A stretch of DNA of 64,000 bases, from contig METK01000008.1 of NCBI GenBank assembly GCA_001771315.1, positions 30,624 to 94,623 of the forward strand, written 5' to 3'. The position numbers were made by a program, and so were the translations under genes. Below, in pieces: positions 9,273 through 18,479 of the stretch. This stretch comes from a candidate division TM6 bacterium RIFCSPHIGHO2_12_FULL_36_22 (GTDB taxonomy: Bacteria; Babelota; Babeliae; Babelales; UBA12409). Positions within the stretch are counted from its first letter, which is position 1. Each line of letters starts with the position of its first letter. The notes beneath the pieces were generated by a model, which did not search any database, was not told where the DNA came from, and saw only the letters and a program-made list of their open reading frames with translations.

Positions 9273-9504
9273 TGTAACTCCTAATACTTAAAAATAATCT
9301 TATAATACTTGTAGAAATATTACTATAGAATGGGTTTAATAGCAATATTTGGCTAAATTTTGCCCTAATTTCTATAACCTTTCCATTTTTTAAATATCGT
9401 GAATTATTCGTCCTAAATGATCTTTTTCGTTCAATCAACTTTATTTTTGTTTTAGTTAAAGAATTAGAGCGACATCCTGTTGTGAACCGCTTTTACTATA
9501 CGAT

Positions 9505-9538
9505 TAACAAAAAGGGCCGCCCGCAAGGGAAGCCCTTT
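9505..9538 (-). terminator. rho-independent terminator after the 9561..10403 gene
   Basis: On the minus strand: AAAGGGC-(14 nt, contains CCC-TTGC-GGG)-GCCCTTT followed by TTGTT. Confidence 0.5.
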
Positions 9539-9560
9539 AAATTCATAAACCTAAGATAGT

Positions 9561-10403
9561 TTATTTTTTGCGAATTGGCGTTGTAAATGGGTTCTTATTT
9601 TTATGGGTTACATAAGAATAAAGAGCTGGAACAAGAACCATAACACCTGTAGCTAATACAAGAGCAACAACAAGCACAAAGATAGCAGCTATACCTTCTG
9701 CTGCTAACATAGCATATGGTTGTCTTATAGCTTCTTGCATTCTTGCAAAGAAGTCCATTCTGCTTATTTTAAGAAGAAATGCACCTACTCCAACACAAAA
9801 ACCTACAAGTACCCATGATGTTGCAACACCACAAATAACCTCTATAAATGAGCTGAGGAAGTGTTTTACAGAACGACCTACAGCATCAAAGAAGTTTTTT
9901 GTCTCATAAGCAACAACAGGAAGAAAATAGAATGTTGCTGCACACCAAGCAATATATACTACCAACAATCCTAATGACATTGAATCCATTGCCGCAAACG
10001 AAAAATCAGGACTGAAATAGGTTTCAACTGATGGTACTACAAAAGCAAGGAATGCTTTTATAAGCACATAAAAAAATAAACAAATAAGCATTCTTCCATC
10101 AACTGCCATTGCTTTCCAAAACTTAATTGTTTTGCCTTCAAGACGAGCAACCGTCCCTCTAATCAAACCAATAAAGAAAATTGTAACAACAACAAAAGTT
10201 ACCACTTCCATCATAAACATAACGATGTCTAAAGGTAAACTTGCAGCATTGCTATGAACTATATTCATAACTATTGCTGCTGCAGGAAATGCGATTGCAA
10301 AACAAATAAGAGGGTAAAGGAACAAGGCTGGATGCTTAAATGAAAAAAGCATCGATACGACTGAGATGGAAATACCTTCTCCAACTCTCTTTAAAAAACT
10401 CAT
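9561..10403 (-). CDS. polytopic membrane protein, unknown function (paralog of 8484..9272)
   Basis: 280 aa. MSFLKRVGEGISISVVSMLFSFKHPALFLY ... LYSYVTHKNKNP aligns by eye with the paralog. Confidence 0.7.
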   Translation of the reverse strand: MSFLKRVGEGISISVVSMLFSFKHPALFLYPLICFAIAFPAAAIVMNIVHSNAASLPLDIVMFMMEVVTFVVVTIFFIGLIRGTVARLEGKTIKFWKAMAVDGRMLICLFFYVLIKAFLAFVVPSVETYFSPDFSFAAMDSMSLGLLVVYIAWCAATFYFLPVVAYETKNFFDAVGRSVKHFLSSFIEVICGVATSWVLVGFCVGVGAFLLKISRMDFFARMQEAIRQPYAMLAAEGIAAIFVLVVALVLATGVMVLVPALYSYVTHKNKNPFTTPIRKK

Positions 10404-10600
10404 GGGTTCTCCTTTCTTTTTGGGTTTTCATGAGTAAAACTTAATATTTTCATTACCATCCAAATATGACTATATCATATTTAAAATGCGTTTTTGAAGA
10501 ATTTCATACCAGAAAACTTATTTTCTGAAAAATGACCCTTTCCTTCTTTAACTTTTTTATCTACAACAAAATAGTTTACCCGACTTTTTATTATCCTTTT

Positions 10601-11818
10601 TTATTTCTTGCAAAGAGAATGCAAAACGTCAAGTAGATAATTGATTTCTTCTTGTGTATTGTATAAATAAAGACTGACACGATTTAAAGAGTTTATACCT
10701 AAAATGCTCATCAAGGGCTGTGCACAGAAGTGTCCTGCGCGTATTGCAATGTCATGTTTATCTAAAAATGCTGCAACATCATGTGCATGAATCCCATCTA
10801 CTGCAAAACTTACTAAATGACCATATCGGCGTAATTCATCTAATGGCCCAAACAAGGTAATTGCTGGAATCTCTGATAACCCGTCAATTAGATGACTACA
10901 TAACTGTGACTCATATTTCTTAATTTTATCCAAACCTACTCCATTGAGATAATCTATCGCAGCCCCAAGACCAATAGCTTGGGCAATTGGCGGAGTTCCA
11001 GCTTCATATTTATGTGGCGCCTGAACAAAAGTAGCTTCCGTAAAGGTCAAACGCTTAACCATACCACCACCAAATTGATATGGGGGTACATGATCTTGTA
11101 TTTCTTTCCTTATATATAAAACTCCAATTCCAGTGGGAGCCAACATTTTATGCCCTGAAAATACCAAAAAATCTGCCGCTAAATCCATAACATTGATTGG
11201 CATATGTGGTACAGATTGAGCTGCATCAACAAGAACACGCGCATTGACCTGATGCGCTAGCTCGGCAATCTCCGCAATAGAATTTAATGTACCCAATACA
11301 TTAGATTCATGAGTGATACTTACCAATTTTGTTTTTTTAGATAATAAAGTAGAAAAAACTTTCAAGTCTAAAATTCCTTGAGAAGTTATAGGAATAAATC
11401 TAATAATTGCACCCTTGCGCTTGGCAAGCTCCATCCACGGAACAAGATTAGCATGATGCTCCATTTGCGTTAATATAATTTCATCACCAGCTTTAATTTC
11501 AGCTTCACCCCAAGTTGAGGCAATAAAATTGATACCTTCAGTAGATCCCTGAGTAAACACAATTTCATCGCTCTGTGCACCAATAAATCGCGCTACTTTG
11601 CAACGAACTTCTTCGTAAAATGCTGTTGCCCGTTCACCACTTTCATAAATTCCCCTATGAATAGTTGAGTATTCATAACTATAAAAATTTGAAAGAGTAT
11701 CAATAACTTGACGCGGCTTTTGCGAAGTTGCTGCGTTATCTAAATAAATAATCTTTTTATTCTGTTGTAAAAAAGGAAAATCTTTGCGTACATTCAAACC
11801 CATAACTCCATTGGACAT
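10601..11818 (-). CDS. sufS: cysteine desulfurase, SufS type (class V aminotransferase)
   Basis: 405 aa. PLP-lysine region FSGHKMLAPTGIGVLY and active-site loop RAGHFCAQPL (group II SufS R-x-G-H-x-C-A). Confidence 0.9.
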   Translation of the reverse strand: MSNGVMGLNVRKDFPFLQQNKKIIYLDNAATSQKPRQVIDTLSNFYSYEYSTIHRGIYESGERATAFYEEVRCKVARFIGAQSDEIVFTQGSTEGINFIASTWGEAEIKAGDEIILTQMEHHANLVPWMELAKRKGAIIRFIPITSQGILDLKVFSTLLSKKTKLVSITHESNVLGTLNSIAEIAELAHQVNARVLVDAAQSVPHMPINVMDLAADFLVFSGHKMLAPTGIGVLYIRKEIQDHVPPYQFGGGMVKRLTFTEATFVQAPHKYEAGTPPIAQAIGLGAAIDYLNGVGLDKIKKYESQLCSHLIDGLSEIPAITLFGPLDELRRYGHLVSFAVDGIHAHDVAAFLDKHDIAIRAGHFCAQPLMSILGINSLNRVSLYLYNTQEEINYLLDVLHSLCKK

Positions 11819-11971
11819 ATAGTTTTACTTATTTGCAAGACTAGTACATGTTCCAACAAAAATAAAGTGTTTGTTTATATCGTATACACAAACGTATTCT
11901 TTCCAAATTATTGCTATTGAGCTAATGACTTCAATATAGTTATACATAGGGATCAATCAAATGGAGAAAGA

Positions 11972-12637
11972 ATGAACAAATTAAAAATATTATTTTGTAT
12001 GTATGCTTTTAGCATAATCATCCCCTGTAAAACCCAAACCCCTATAGATGAACCTGTAACACCATTGAGTACAATCAAAATACCAGTAGTATGTGCTTAT
12101 GAGCTGCATCCTTGGGCAAATAATGTACTTTTTCCGGTTTTGACAAAATTTAATAGTGATCTTGCTGAAATGAAACGATTAATTGAACGAGCCACTCACC
12201 AGCGGACTATTGATTTATATAATAAATATGCCTACAATATCGAAGCCGGCATTAAAAAACTACAAGAACCTAGTCAAGCTCGAACAGATTTTATGAAAAC
12301 TCAAAATGCACAAAAACAAATAAATGACGTTATAAAAACTTTACAAGAAATCGTTAATAATCTTCATACTATTGCACGTACAGTTGGGCCCATCGACATT
12401 ACTCAACTCAATCAATATATTACTGCTTATCATAAAGATTATACTCAAATAGAAGAAGGCTTTGAGTTTTTACAACGTAATAAAGTGGTACAAATGGAAG
12501 CAACTGTTTCTATCCCACCAAAATTTAAAGGCTGGGTTGATGTTCGTCCATTCTGTAATAAAAAACTTACTGAGGCCCAACAATTAACCATTAAATCTGA
12601 TGAAACCACCTATAAACGTAAAGAAACATCACGCTAA
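11972..12637 (+). CDS. hypothetical secreted protein
   Basis: 221 aa. N-terminal signal-like MNKLKILFCMYAFSIIIPC, GGAG upstream, helical charged body. Its 3' end overlaps the convergent pilB by 9 nt. Confidence 0.55.
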   Translation: MNKLKILFCMYAFSIIIPCKTQTPIDEPVTPLSTIKIPVVCAYELHPWANNVLFPVLTKFNSDLAEMKRLIERATHQRTIDLYNKYAYNIEAGIKKLQEPSQARTDFMKTQNAQKQINDVIKTLQEIVNNLHTIARTVGPIDITQLNQYITAYHKDYTQIEEGFEFLQRNKVVQMEATVSIPPKFKGWVDVRPFCNKKLTEAQQLTIKSDETTYKRKETSR

Positions 12638-13810
12638 TACGCGCATCAATTCTTCAACACACACATCACCATTTTGAATCTTCTCAAATCCGTCATAGGC
12701 CAAAGAACGCATGCCATCAGTTTGTGCCTGTACACGAATAGTTTCAAGTTTTGGATATTGGTTTATAAAAGATGATAAGGTATCATTCATTACTAGTAAT
12801 TCAAAAATTCCCGTTCGCTTACGAAATCCTGTACCCAAACATGCTTGACACCCTTCACCACGATAAGCGTGTGTTACACGCTCACTTTCACCGTTAAAAT
12901 GTTTTTCCAAAAACTTTTTTTCCTCCAAAGACAATTCACCTAGATGTTTGCATTGGTTACAAATCTTTCGCGTTAAGCGTTGCGCCAACACACCTGTAAC
13001 AGCAGCGTTAATTAAAAAAGGCTCAATCCCCATATCCATTAACCTAATGATTGCACTTGGTGCATCATTGGTATGCAAAGTGCTTAAAACTAAATGACCC
13101 GTCATAGCAGCTTCTATTGCAATACGTGCACTTTCAGGGTCTCTAATCTCGCCAATCATGATAATATCTGGATCTTGTCGAAGTAAGGACCGAATTCCTT
13201 GAGCAAAAGTAAAACCTGTTGCTCTATTAATATGCCCCTGCGTAATCCCTTCAATATTGTATTCAACGGGATCTTCTAATGTAATAATATTTTTTTGCGG
13301 AGAATTAAGCAAAGATAACGCTGCATACAGCGTTGTTGTTTTGCCTGAACCGGTAGGACCAGTTACAAGAAAAAACCCTTGTGGCCTAGAAAGAAGCTGT
13401 TTAAATTGTTCAAGCATGTTATATGAAAAACCAAGATCTTCAAGAGAGATTTTCATTTGATTTTTATCTAAAATACGAATAACCATCTTTTCACCATGCA
13501 AGGAAGGAAAGGTCGAAATTCGCATATCAATTGCTGCACCATCTGATGTTTTCAAGATGAATTTACCATCCTGAGGAATTCTATGCTCAGTAATATCCAT
13601 ATGTGCAAGCACCTTAAGACGAGATATAATTTGTTTTTTTATAGAATTATGAGCAACGGCACCATCCTGCAACATGCCATCAATGCGAAAGCGTATGCGA
13701 AGCTCCCGCTCCAATGGTTCCAAGTGAATATCAGATGCATTCAATTCAAGTGCTTTATGAATCACTTGATCAACAATATTGACCACAGAAACATCTTCTT
13801 GGCCTACCAT
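12629..13810 (-). CDS. pilB: type II/IV secretion ATPase core (PilB/GspE family) lacking the N-terminal T2SSE_N domain
   Basis: 393 aa. Starts at the N2 domain (NIVDQVIHKALELNASDIHLEP). Walker A GPTGSGKTTTLYA, Asp/His boxes (IIMIGEIRD, GHLVLSTLHTN), tetracysteine CNQC...CQAC. Confidence 0.85.
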   Translation of the reverse strand: MVGQEDVSVVNIVDQVIHKALELNASDIHLEPLERELRIRFRIDGMLQDGAVAHNSIKKQIISRLKVLAHMDITEHRIPQDGKFILKTSDGAAIDMRISTFPSLHGEKMVIRILDKNQMKISLEDLGFSYNMLEQFKQLLSRPQGFFLVTGPTGSGKTTTLYAALSLLNSPQKNIITLEDPVEYNIEGITQGHINRATGFTFAQGIRSLLRQDPDIIMIGEIRDPESARIAIEAAMTGHLVLSTLHTNDAPSAIIRLMDMGIEPFLINAAVTGVLAQRLTRKICNQCKHLGELSLEEKKFLEKHFNGESERVTHAYRGEGCQACLGTGFRKRTGIFELLVMNDTLSSFINQYPKLETIRVQAQTDGMRSLAYDGFEKIQNGDVCVEELMRVLA

Positions 13811-13842
13811 ACTACTTACTCTCTCTATTCTTTTTATATATC

Positions 13843-14373
13843 TTAAGAAATGAAATCTACAATATCATCATCATCATCTGGTGCACCAGATTCTTTATCA
13901 GCTTCCTCTTCTTCAAGCTCTCGCACATTTTTATCATAAAATTCACGAATTGCACTGATAATATCACGCCGCAAACCAACACGAAACTCTATAACATAGG
14001 TAGTATAATCACCAATATCATCACGTAAATTTTCAAGTTCAGGATCACTCACAACAATAGTCATTATACTTTCATCAAGTTCAATAGGTATAAATACGTC
14101 ACGTTCTAACAAATCTTTCGGAAATAAAATCAGCAAATCTCGATTGAAAAAATAACCTTCAATATCAAAATAAGGAATTTGATAGTATTCGCTCAATGCA
14201 CGCAAAAGGTCATCTTTTTCAACAATACCTTCTTCTAATAAAAAATAATCAAAACGTGCTTTCGGACTTACTTTAAAATCGTGAATCAAACCTTCCATTT
14301 CATCGGTTGATATGACTTTCATTTTAGCCAAAATTTTTGCTAACCCTTCTACAAAAGTACTATTTCCGTTCAT
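13843..14373 (-). CDS. stand-alone T2SSE_N (MshEN-like) domain protein, the detached N-terminal domain of PilB/GspE
   Basis: 176 aa. LLEEGIVEKDDLLRALSEYYQIPYFDIEGYFFNRDLLILFPKDLLERDVFIPIELDESIMTIVVSDPELENL is the GspE/PilB N-terminal domain pattern. It ends in an acidic linker-like tail (EEEEADKESGAPDDDDDIV). Confidence 0.7.
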   Translation of the reverse strand: MNGNSTFVEGLAKILAKMKVISTDEMEGLIHDFKVSPKARFDYFLLEEGIVEKDDLLRALSEYYQIPYFDIEGYFFNRDLLILFPKDLLERDVFIPIELDESIMTIVVSDPELENLRDDIGDYTTYVIEFRVGLRRDIISAIREFYDKNVRELEEEEADKESGAPDDDDDIVDFIS

Positions 14374-14384
14374 AGACCCTCCTA

Positions 14385-14801
14385 CTATCCAACTTTATAA
14401 CCAATAAAAAAACCCAATATCATACTAATAACAAGCATAATGTGTGTTCTTGCAAGTTCTACCCACATACTTATCAAGCCACTAATTGTATCCTGAGGAT
14501 GGACACCGGTCATTTGTCGTAACTGAACCCAATCAATAGTTACAATTTCAAATGCTTCAAGAAATACTAATGCCACAACAATAGCAATCAAGCCAATAAT
14601 GATTGAACGTGAATATTTTTTAAAAATAAACCCAACAAAAAAAGCAACTCCTAAATAGGCAATCACCTCAATAAACTGTTGCGATGAAATATTAAAACGT
14701 TCAGAAAATCCATCAAGATTGGTATATGATTTGAATTTATCAACCCACGTAGTTACTTTCTCAGTTGCTGTTGCTGCAGCTGTCGACTTATCCATGATCA
14801 A
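14385..14801 (-). CDS. small membrane protein, unknown function
   Basis: 138 aa with 3-4 hydrophobic helices. It lies 11 nt upstream of the T2SSE_N gene on the same strand. Confidence 0.55.
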   Translation of the reverse strand: MIMDKSTAAATATEKVTTWVDKFKSYTNLDGFSERFNISSQQFIEVIAYLGVAFFVGFIFKKYSRSIIIGLIAIVVALVFLEAFEIVTIDWVQLRQMTGVHPQDTISGLISMWVELARTHIMLVISMILGFFIGYKVG

Positions 14802-14911
14802 CTCCTTTATAACAAATACAAATTTTTTGTATACCGTAGTATATCAGTCTATGTCAGGGCCCCGTTAATAACAAGAAATTATTAACCAAAGTATAGGCAA
14901 ACAGGCAATAA

Positions 14912-14945
14912 GCAATAAAAAAAGGGGATGCGATTTTGCATCCCC
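14912..14945 (-). terminator. rho-independent terminator after HU paralog 2
   Basis: On the minus strand: GGGGATGC-AAAATC-GCATCCCC followed by TTTTTTTTATT. Confidence 0.7.
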
Positions 14946-14969
14946 TTAATTTTGAATGAAGCCTCAAGG

Positions 14970-15242
14970 TTATTTAACAAGATCCTTTAATGCTTTTCCT
15001 GCCTTAAACTTAGGAACTTTCTTCCCAGGAATTTGCATTTTTTTGCCTGTCGCAGGATTAACCCCAGTGCGCGCTTTTCTTTTCATCACTGAAAAAGTCC
15101 CAAACCCTGTTAAGACCACAGTCTTGCTTCCTTTTAAAGCACCGCCAACAGCTGATATTATTGCTTCCAGGCAATCTTTACATTGCGACTTTGGAAGCTT
15201 AGTAATCTTAGCCATTTGCTCGACTAACTTCGCTTTATTCAT
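14970..15242 (-). CDS. hup: HU/IHF-family DNA-binding protein (paralog 2)
   Basis: MNKAKLVEQMAK...VVLTGFGTFSVMKRKARTGVNPATGKKMQIPGKKVPKFKAGKALKD. ATG at 15242 with GAGGA 7 nt upstream; the track start at 15248 is GTG. Confidence 0.9.
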   Translation of the reverse strand: MNKAKLVEQMAKITKLPKSQCKDCLEAIISAVGGALKGSKTVVLTGFGTFSVMKRKARTGVNPATGKKMQIPGKKVPKFKAGKALKDLVK

Positions 15243-15366
15243 ATACACATCCTCTAACCTTATGCAACCAATTTCTAATAAGGCAGAACTGTGCTAGTAC
15301 TTACATGTACCATATTATGCCCATGAGTTTTGTCAAGCCTTTTAATATAAATGTTTTTTAAAAAGA

Positions 15367-15454
15367 TGGTGCCGAGGGCCGGACTCGAACCGGCACAGGC
15401 AAAAAGCCCGAAGGATTTTAAGTCCTTTGCGTCTACCTATTCCGCCACCCCGGC
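15367..15454 (-). tRNA. tRNA-Leu (anticodon UAA)
   Basis: Minus strand reads GCCGGGGTGGCGGAATAGGTAGACGCAAAGGACTTAAAATCCTTCGGGCTTTTTGCCTGTGCCGGTTCGAGTCCGGCCCTCGGCACCA. It has a 7-bp acceptor stem, the Leu-type D arm GGCGGAAT.GGTAGAC, anticodon stem AAGGA/TCCTT with loop CTTAAAA, a long variable arm, TTCGAGT T-loop and encoded CCA. Confidence 0.9.
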
Positions 15455-15475
15455 ACATTTCAAAGAAAAGGAATT

Positions 15476-15549
15476 TGGAGGCGGCACCCGGATTCGAACC
15501 GGGGATCAAGGTTTTGCAGACCCATGCCTTACCACTTGGCTATGCCGCC
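15476..15549 (-). tRNA. tRNA-Cys (anticodon GCA)
   Basis: Minus strand reads GGCGGCATAGCCAAGTGGTAAGGCATGGGTCTGCAAAACCTTGATCCCCGGTTCGAATCCGGGTGCCGCCTCCA. Anticodon loop CTGCAAA, T-loop TTCGAAT, discriminator U before CCA as expected for Cys. Confidence 0.9.
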
Positions 15550-15556
15550 GAATAAT

Positions 15557-16093
15557 TTAAGCAAGCAATCCAGCTTGCTCCATTTCACTTTTCAATTGAT
15601 CGATGGAAATAATAACAATATCGTTATCTTGCTCATCATCATGTTTTACATTTTCTGCTATCAAGTAAGGGCTTACCGATTTTTTGTCTTGATGCATACA
15701 ATTACCTTCTACAGGTAAACCTTTTTGATACCATTCAGCCATACCAGCTTCAAATGCTTTTACATTTGTAAAGCCCATATCTTTTAACATCTGCGCTACA
15801 GCACCACTTGCACTACATTGATAATTTGCACAATAAGTTACAATTGGTGTATCGCGATCAACATCAGCAAAAACATTTTCAACTTTGTCAAAGTCTAACT
15901 GCGCAGAACCTTTAATATGACATTCATTATAGGTATCCTGATCAGCAACATTGACAACAACTAGTTTTTTTTTTACTGGAGCTTCTGAAGTTTCCTGCTG
16001 AGAAATCTGCGCTTTTTCACAATTGCAACATGGCAATATAAAAAGACTTACACAAATAACAGATAATTTCAAAAATTTACTCAAAAATTTCAT
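15557..16093 (-). CDS. rhodanese-domain lipoprotein
   Basis: 178 aa. Signal plus lipobox-like LFILPCC. Rhodanese-like core (VVVNVADQDTYNECHIKGSAQL ... VTYCANYQCSASGAVAQMLKDMGFTNVKAFEAGMAEW). Confidence 0.6.
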   Translation of the reverse strand: MKFLSKFLKLSVICVSLFILPCCNCEKAQISQQETSEAPVKKKLVVVNVADQDTYNECHIKGSAQLDFDKVENVFADVDRDTPIVTYCANYQCSASGAVAQMLKDMGFTNVKAFEAGMAEWYQKGLPVEGNCMHQDKKSVSPYLIAENVKHDDEQDNDIVIISIDQLKSEMEQAGLLA

Positions 16094-16167
16094 TACAGCT
16101 CCTTATATAGAATATAGCATAATTCTTACTAATAATATCGAAAATGATGCTCTTATGCAATTAGTTA

Positions 16168-17046
16168 TCATACTGGTTGCAAAAATCGAGACCAACGTAC
16201 CCTGCTCCAAAAATCAATAGGATGGCGCAATAAGTCGAAAACAATCCAGGATTGGTTGGTATCAAAAGACCATAATCTCAATAAAATTTTTCCATGTATA
16301 AATTTCTCTTTTAATGGTCCCCAACTACGAGAATCATGGCTTCCACGGCGGTTATCCCCCATTGCCCAATACTCATCCGGCCCCAGCTTAACTTCTTGGG
16401 TATCTAAAATACGACCTCCTTCAGAATATGGTGCTGCGGATGGCTTGAGATCTTCTTCTCCAAATCTCTTTGCAAACATATTACCATACTTGATTTCTCG
16501 TTCATTAACCCTATAAAATGGCTGATCTTTGTACGAATAACTCGGATCATATGACTTCCATGTCAGTGGAGAACGTGATGCTTCTGGATCATAAACAGCA
16601 ATTAAAGGGTACTTATTAAGATAAGGTTCATCAAGTTTTGTACCATTGCGATATATTACCGGCTTGCCTTCTTCTAGAGTCAATTTTATTGTATCACCCG
16701 GAACACCAATTACACGTTTAGTATAATTAGTTGGGCCCCATACATATCGTTGAAAATATTCCATTAATTTGTTATTTGAATACGGATAATTTGGATCATT
16801 AAATGTAATAATATCTCCATGTTTTGGTTTTTTAAACCATACAGACAATTTGTCTGCAAAAAAACCTTCCCCAACTAACATCGTGGTTTCCATTGATCCA
16901 GTTGGCACTTGATACAAACCATAAAACCATGTTCGTACAATAAAAACTAATGGCAAAATTATGATTGCACTTTCAATCCATGATGCAAGCGTAGACTTAT
17001 TCGGTCGCTTTAACCATATGCGTAATTTTCGAACATGAGAAGTCAT
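16168..17046 (-). CDS. lepB: signal peptidase I
   Basis: 292 aa. N-terminal TM, Ser box VPTGSMETTM, Lys box YTKRVIGVPGD, box E GDNRRGSHDSRSWG. Confidence 0.9.
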   Translation of the reverse strand: MTSHVRKLRIWLKRPNKSTLASWIESAIIILPLVFIVRTWFYGLYQVPTGSMETTMLVGEGFFADKLSVWFKKPKHGDIITFNDPNYPYSNNKLMEYFQRYVWGPTNYTKRVIGVPGDTIKLTLEEGKPVIYRNGTKLDEPYLNKYPLIAVYDPEASRSPLTWKSYDPSYSYKDQPFYRVNEREIKYGNMFAKRFGEEDLKPSAAPYSEGGRILDTQEVKLGPDEYWAMGDNRRGSHDSRSWGPLKEKFIHGKILLRLWSFDTNQSWIVFDLLRHPIDFWSRVRWSRFLQPV

Positions 17047-17128
17047 AATCGTAAAATCCTTTTATAATCAATAAAATAATTATTGATAGTGTATTATAAA
17101 AAATCATAAATTAATAGCCGTTACAGCA

Positions 17129-17564
17129 CTGACTGCAAGAAGCGAGACTACCGGACACGACTCCAAAAGTCGATTGGATGGCGTAATAAGTCAAATATAA
17201 TCCATGACTGATTAGTATCAAAAGACCACATTTTTCCGTGTAAAAACTTCTCTTTCAATGGCCCCCAGCTACGAGAGTCATGGCTTCCACGGCGGTTATC
17301 TCCCATCACCCAATATTCATCCGACCTCAGCTTAACTTCTTGGGTATCTAAAATACAACCTCCTTCAGAATATGGTGCTGCTGGCAACTTGAGATCTTCT
17401 TCTCCAAATCTCTTTGCAAACATATTACCATACTTGATTTCTCGTTCATTAACCCTATAAAATGGCTGGTCTTTGTACGAATAGCTCGGATCATATGACT
17501 TCCATGTCAGTGGAGAACGTGATGCTTCTGGATTATAAACTGCAATTAGAGGGTACTTATTAAG
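17129..17564 (-). pseudogene. lepB 3' fragment created by tandem duplication of 16173..16620
   Basis: The DNA aligns by eye along its whole length with the 3' part of lepB. Long exact runs include GAGATCTTCTTCTCCAAATCTCTTTGCAAACATATTACCATACTTGATTTCTCGTTCATTAACCCTATAAAATGGCTG. It encodes only the region from LNKYPLIAVY.. to ..FWSRVR. The TM helix, the Ser box and the Lys box are missing, there is an in-frame TAA just upstream, a 12-nt deletion (HGKILLRLWSF becomes HGKMWSF) and an early stop. Confidence 0.8.
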
Positions 17565-17570
17565 AAATGC

Positions 17571-18479
17571 TTAAGCTAAATAGTACAATGGATTAATTTG
17601 CTTACCCATTCGATAAACTTCAAAATGTAAATGTGATGCATCTCGACCGGATTTTCGCACATAACCCGTAGCTCCTACCGTACCAATTAACTGTCCTCTA
17701 CGTACAATCTGCCCTGTCTTTACTTTCAATTTTTGTAAATGGGCATAACGTGTCTTATATTTATCGTTATGCATAATGATAATTGTATTACCATACCCTT
17801 GTGCAAAACCCGCCATTATGACCTTGCCTGATGCAACTGATTTTATCGGTGTTCCACGTAAAGCCGCAAGATCAATACCACGATGAAAACCCCAACTACC
17901 ATCGCTTCGTTTTCTACGCCCAAAGAAAGAACTAATCCAAAAATGCTCCCGATCAAGTGGCCATGAAAAAATAATGTCACGAGCATATGGACGACGATGC
18001 CTCGTAATTGGTCGTTGCACTGATTGTCGGCCAGACGAGCGAAGCTTGCATTTACGTAAAGAAGAAATACGCTCTGTAGTATGATCCATATAGGATTCAT
18101 AAATACGATCGATCTCATCCATATCAATATTGAGATCTTTTTCTTGAATGTAATTAAGAAGCGATTGTTTTAAGTAGGCCGGACGCCGATCGACAATTTC
18201 GAATTCTCCAGAACTATTCGATTGTTTTTTTTTTTCATCTGCTGAGTCATTCTCAGTAGATTCTTCTTGCTCACCATTTGGTGCTAGTTCATCAATAATC
18301 TGTTTGAGAGTTGTCAAATAACTTCGATACTCTTCCTGCAGAGCATACAACTCTTCTGTCGCCTCTTTAAGAGTACAGTAATCTCGCCAAAAGATAAAAC
18401 AGCTGATTCCTAGTATGCCAACTAAAAAAAGCCATAAAATTTTAATATTACTAATCTTGATACGTTTTATTGTAAACAT
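17571..18479 (-). CDS. M23-family metallopeptidase (membrane-anchored)
   Basis: 302 aa. N-terminal TM plus coiled coil, then C-terminal HRGIDLAA ... YAHL ... SHLHFEV (the H-x3-D and H-x-H motifs of M23/LytM). Confidence 0.85.
   Translation of the reverse strand: MFTIKRIKISNIKILWLFLVGILGISCFIFWRDYCTLKEATEELYALQEEYRSYLTTLKQIIDELAPNGEQEESTENDSADEKKKQSNSSGEFEIVDRRPAYLKQSLLNYIQEKDLNIDMDEIDRIYESYMDHTTERISSLRKCKLRSSGRQSVQRPITRHRRPYARDIIFSWPLDREHFWISSFFGRRKRSDGSWGFHRGIDLAALRGTPIKSVASGKVIMAGFAQGYGNTIIIMHNDKYKTRYAHLQKLKVKTGQIVRRGQLIGTVGATGYVRKSGRDASHLHFEVYRMGKQINPLYYLA

Noticed and set aside
14956-15297. 113-aa plus-strand ORF.
   Set aside because: It is fully antisense to a canonical HU gene that has its own SD and terminator.
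15367-15549. The tRNA-Leu/tRNA-Cys pair as a possible genomic-island integration site.
   Set aside because: There is no integrase, no direct repeat of a tRNA 3' end, and no compositional break in the flanks. The neighbours are HU, rhodanese and lepB.
15351-15718. Track ORFs 15351..15560 and 15524..15718.
   Set aside because: The first is the plus-strand reading of the two minus-strand tRNA genes. The second is antisense to the rhodanese gene. Neither has coding features.
17148-17423. 91-aa ORF resembling the C-terminus of signal peptidase I, considered as a second functional lepB.
   Set aside because: It lacks the TM anchor and both catalytic boxes. It is a partial tandem duplicate with an internal deletion and a premature stop, so I called it a pseudogene.
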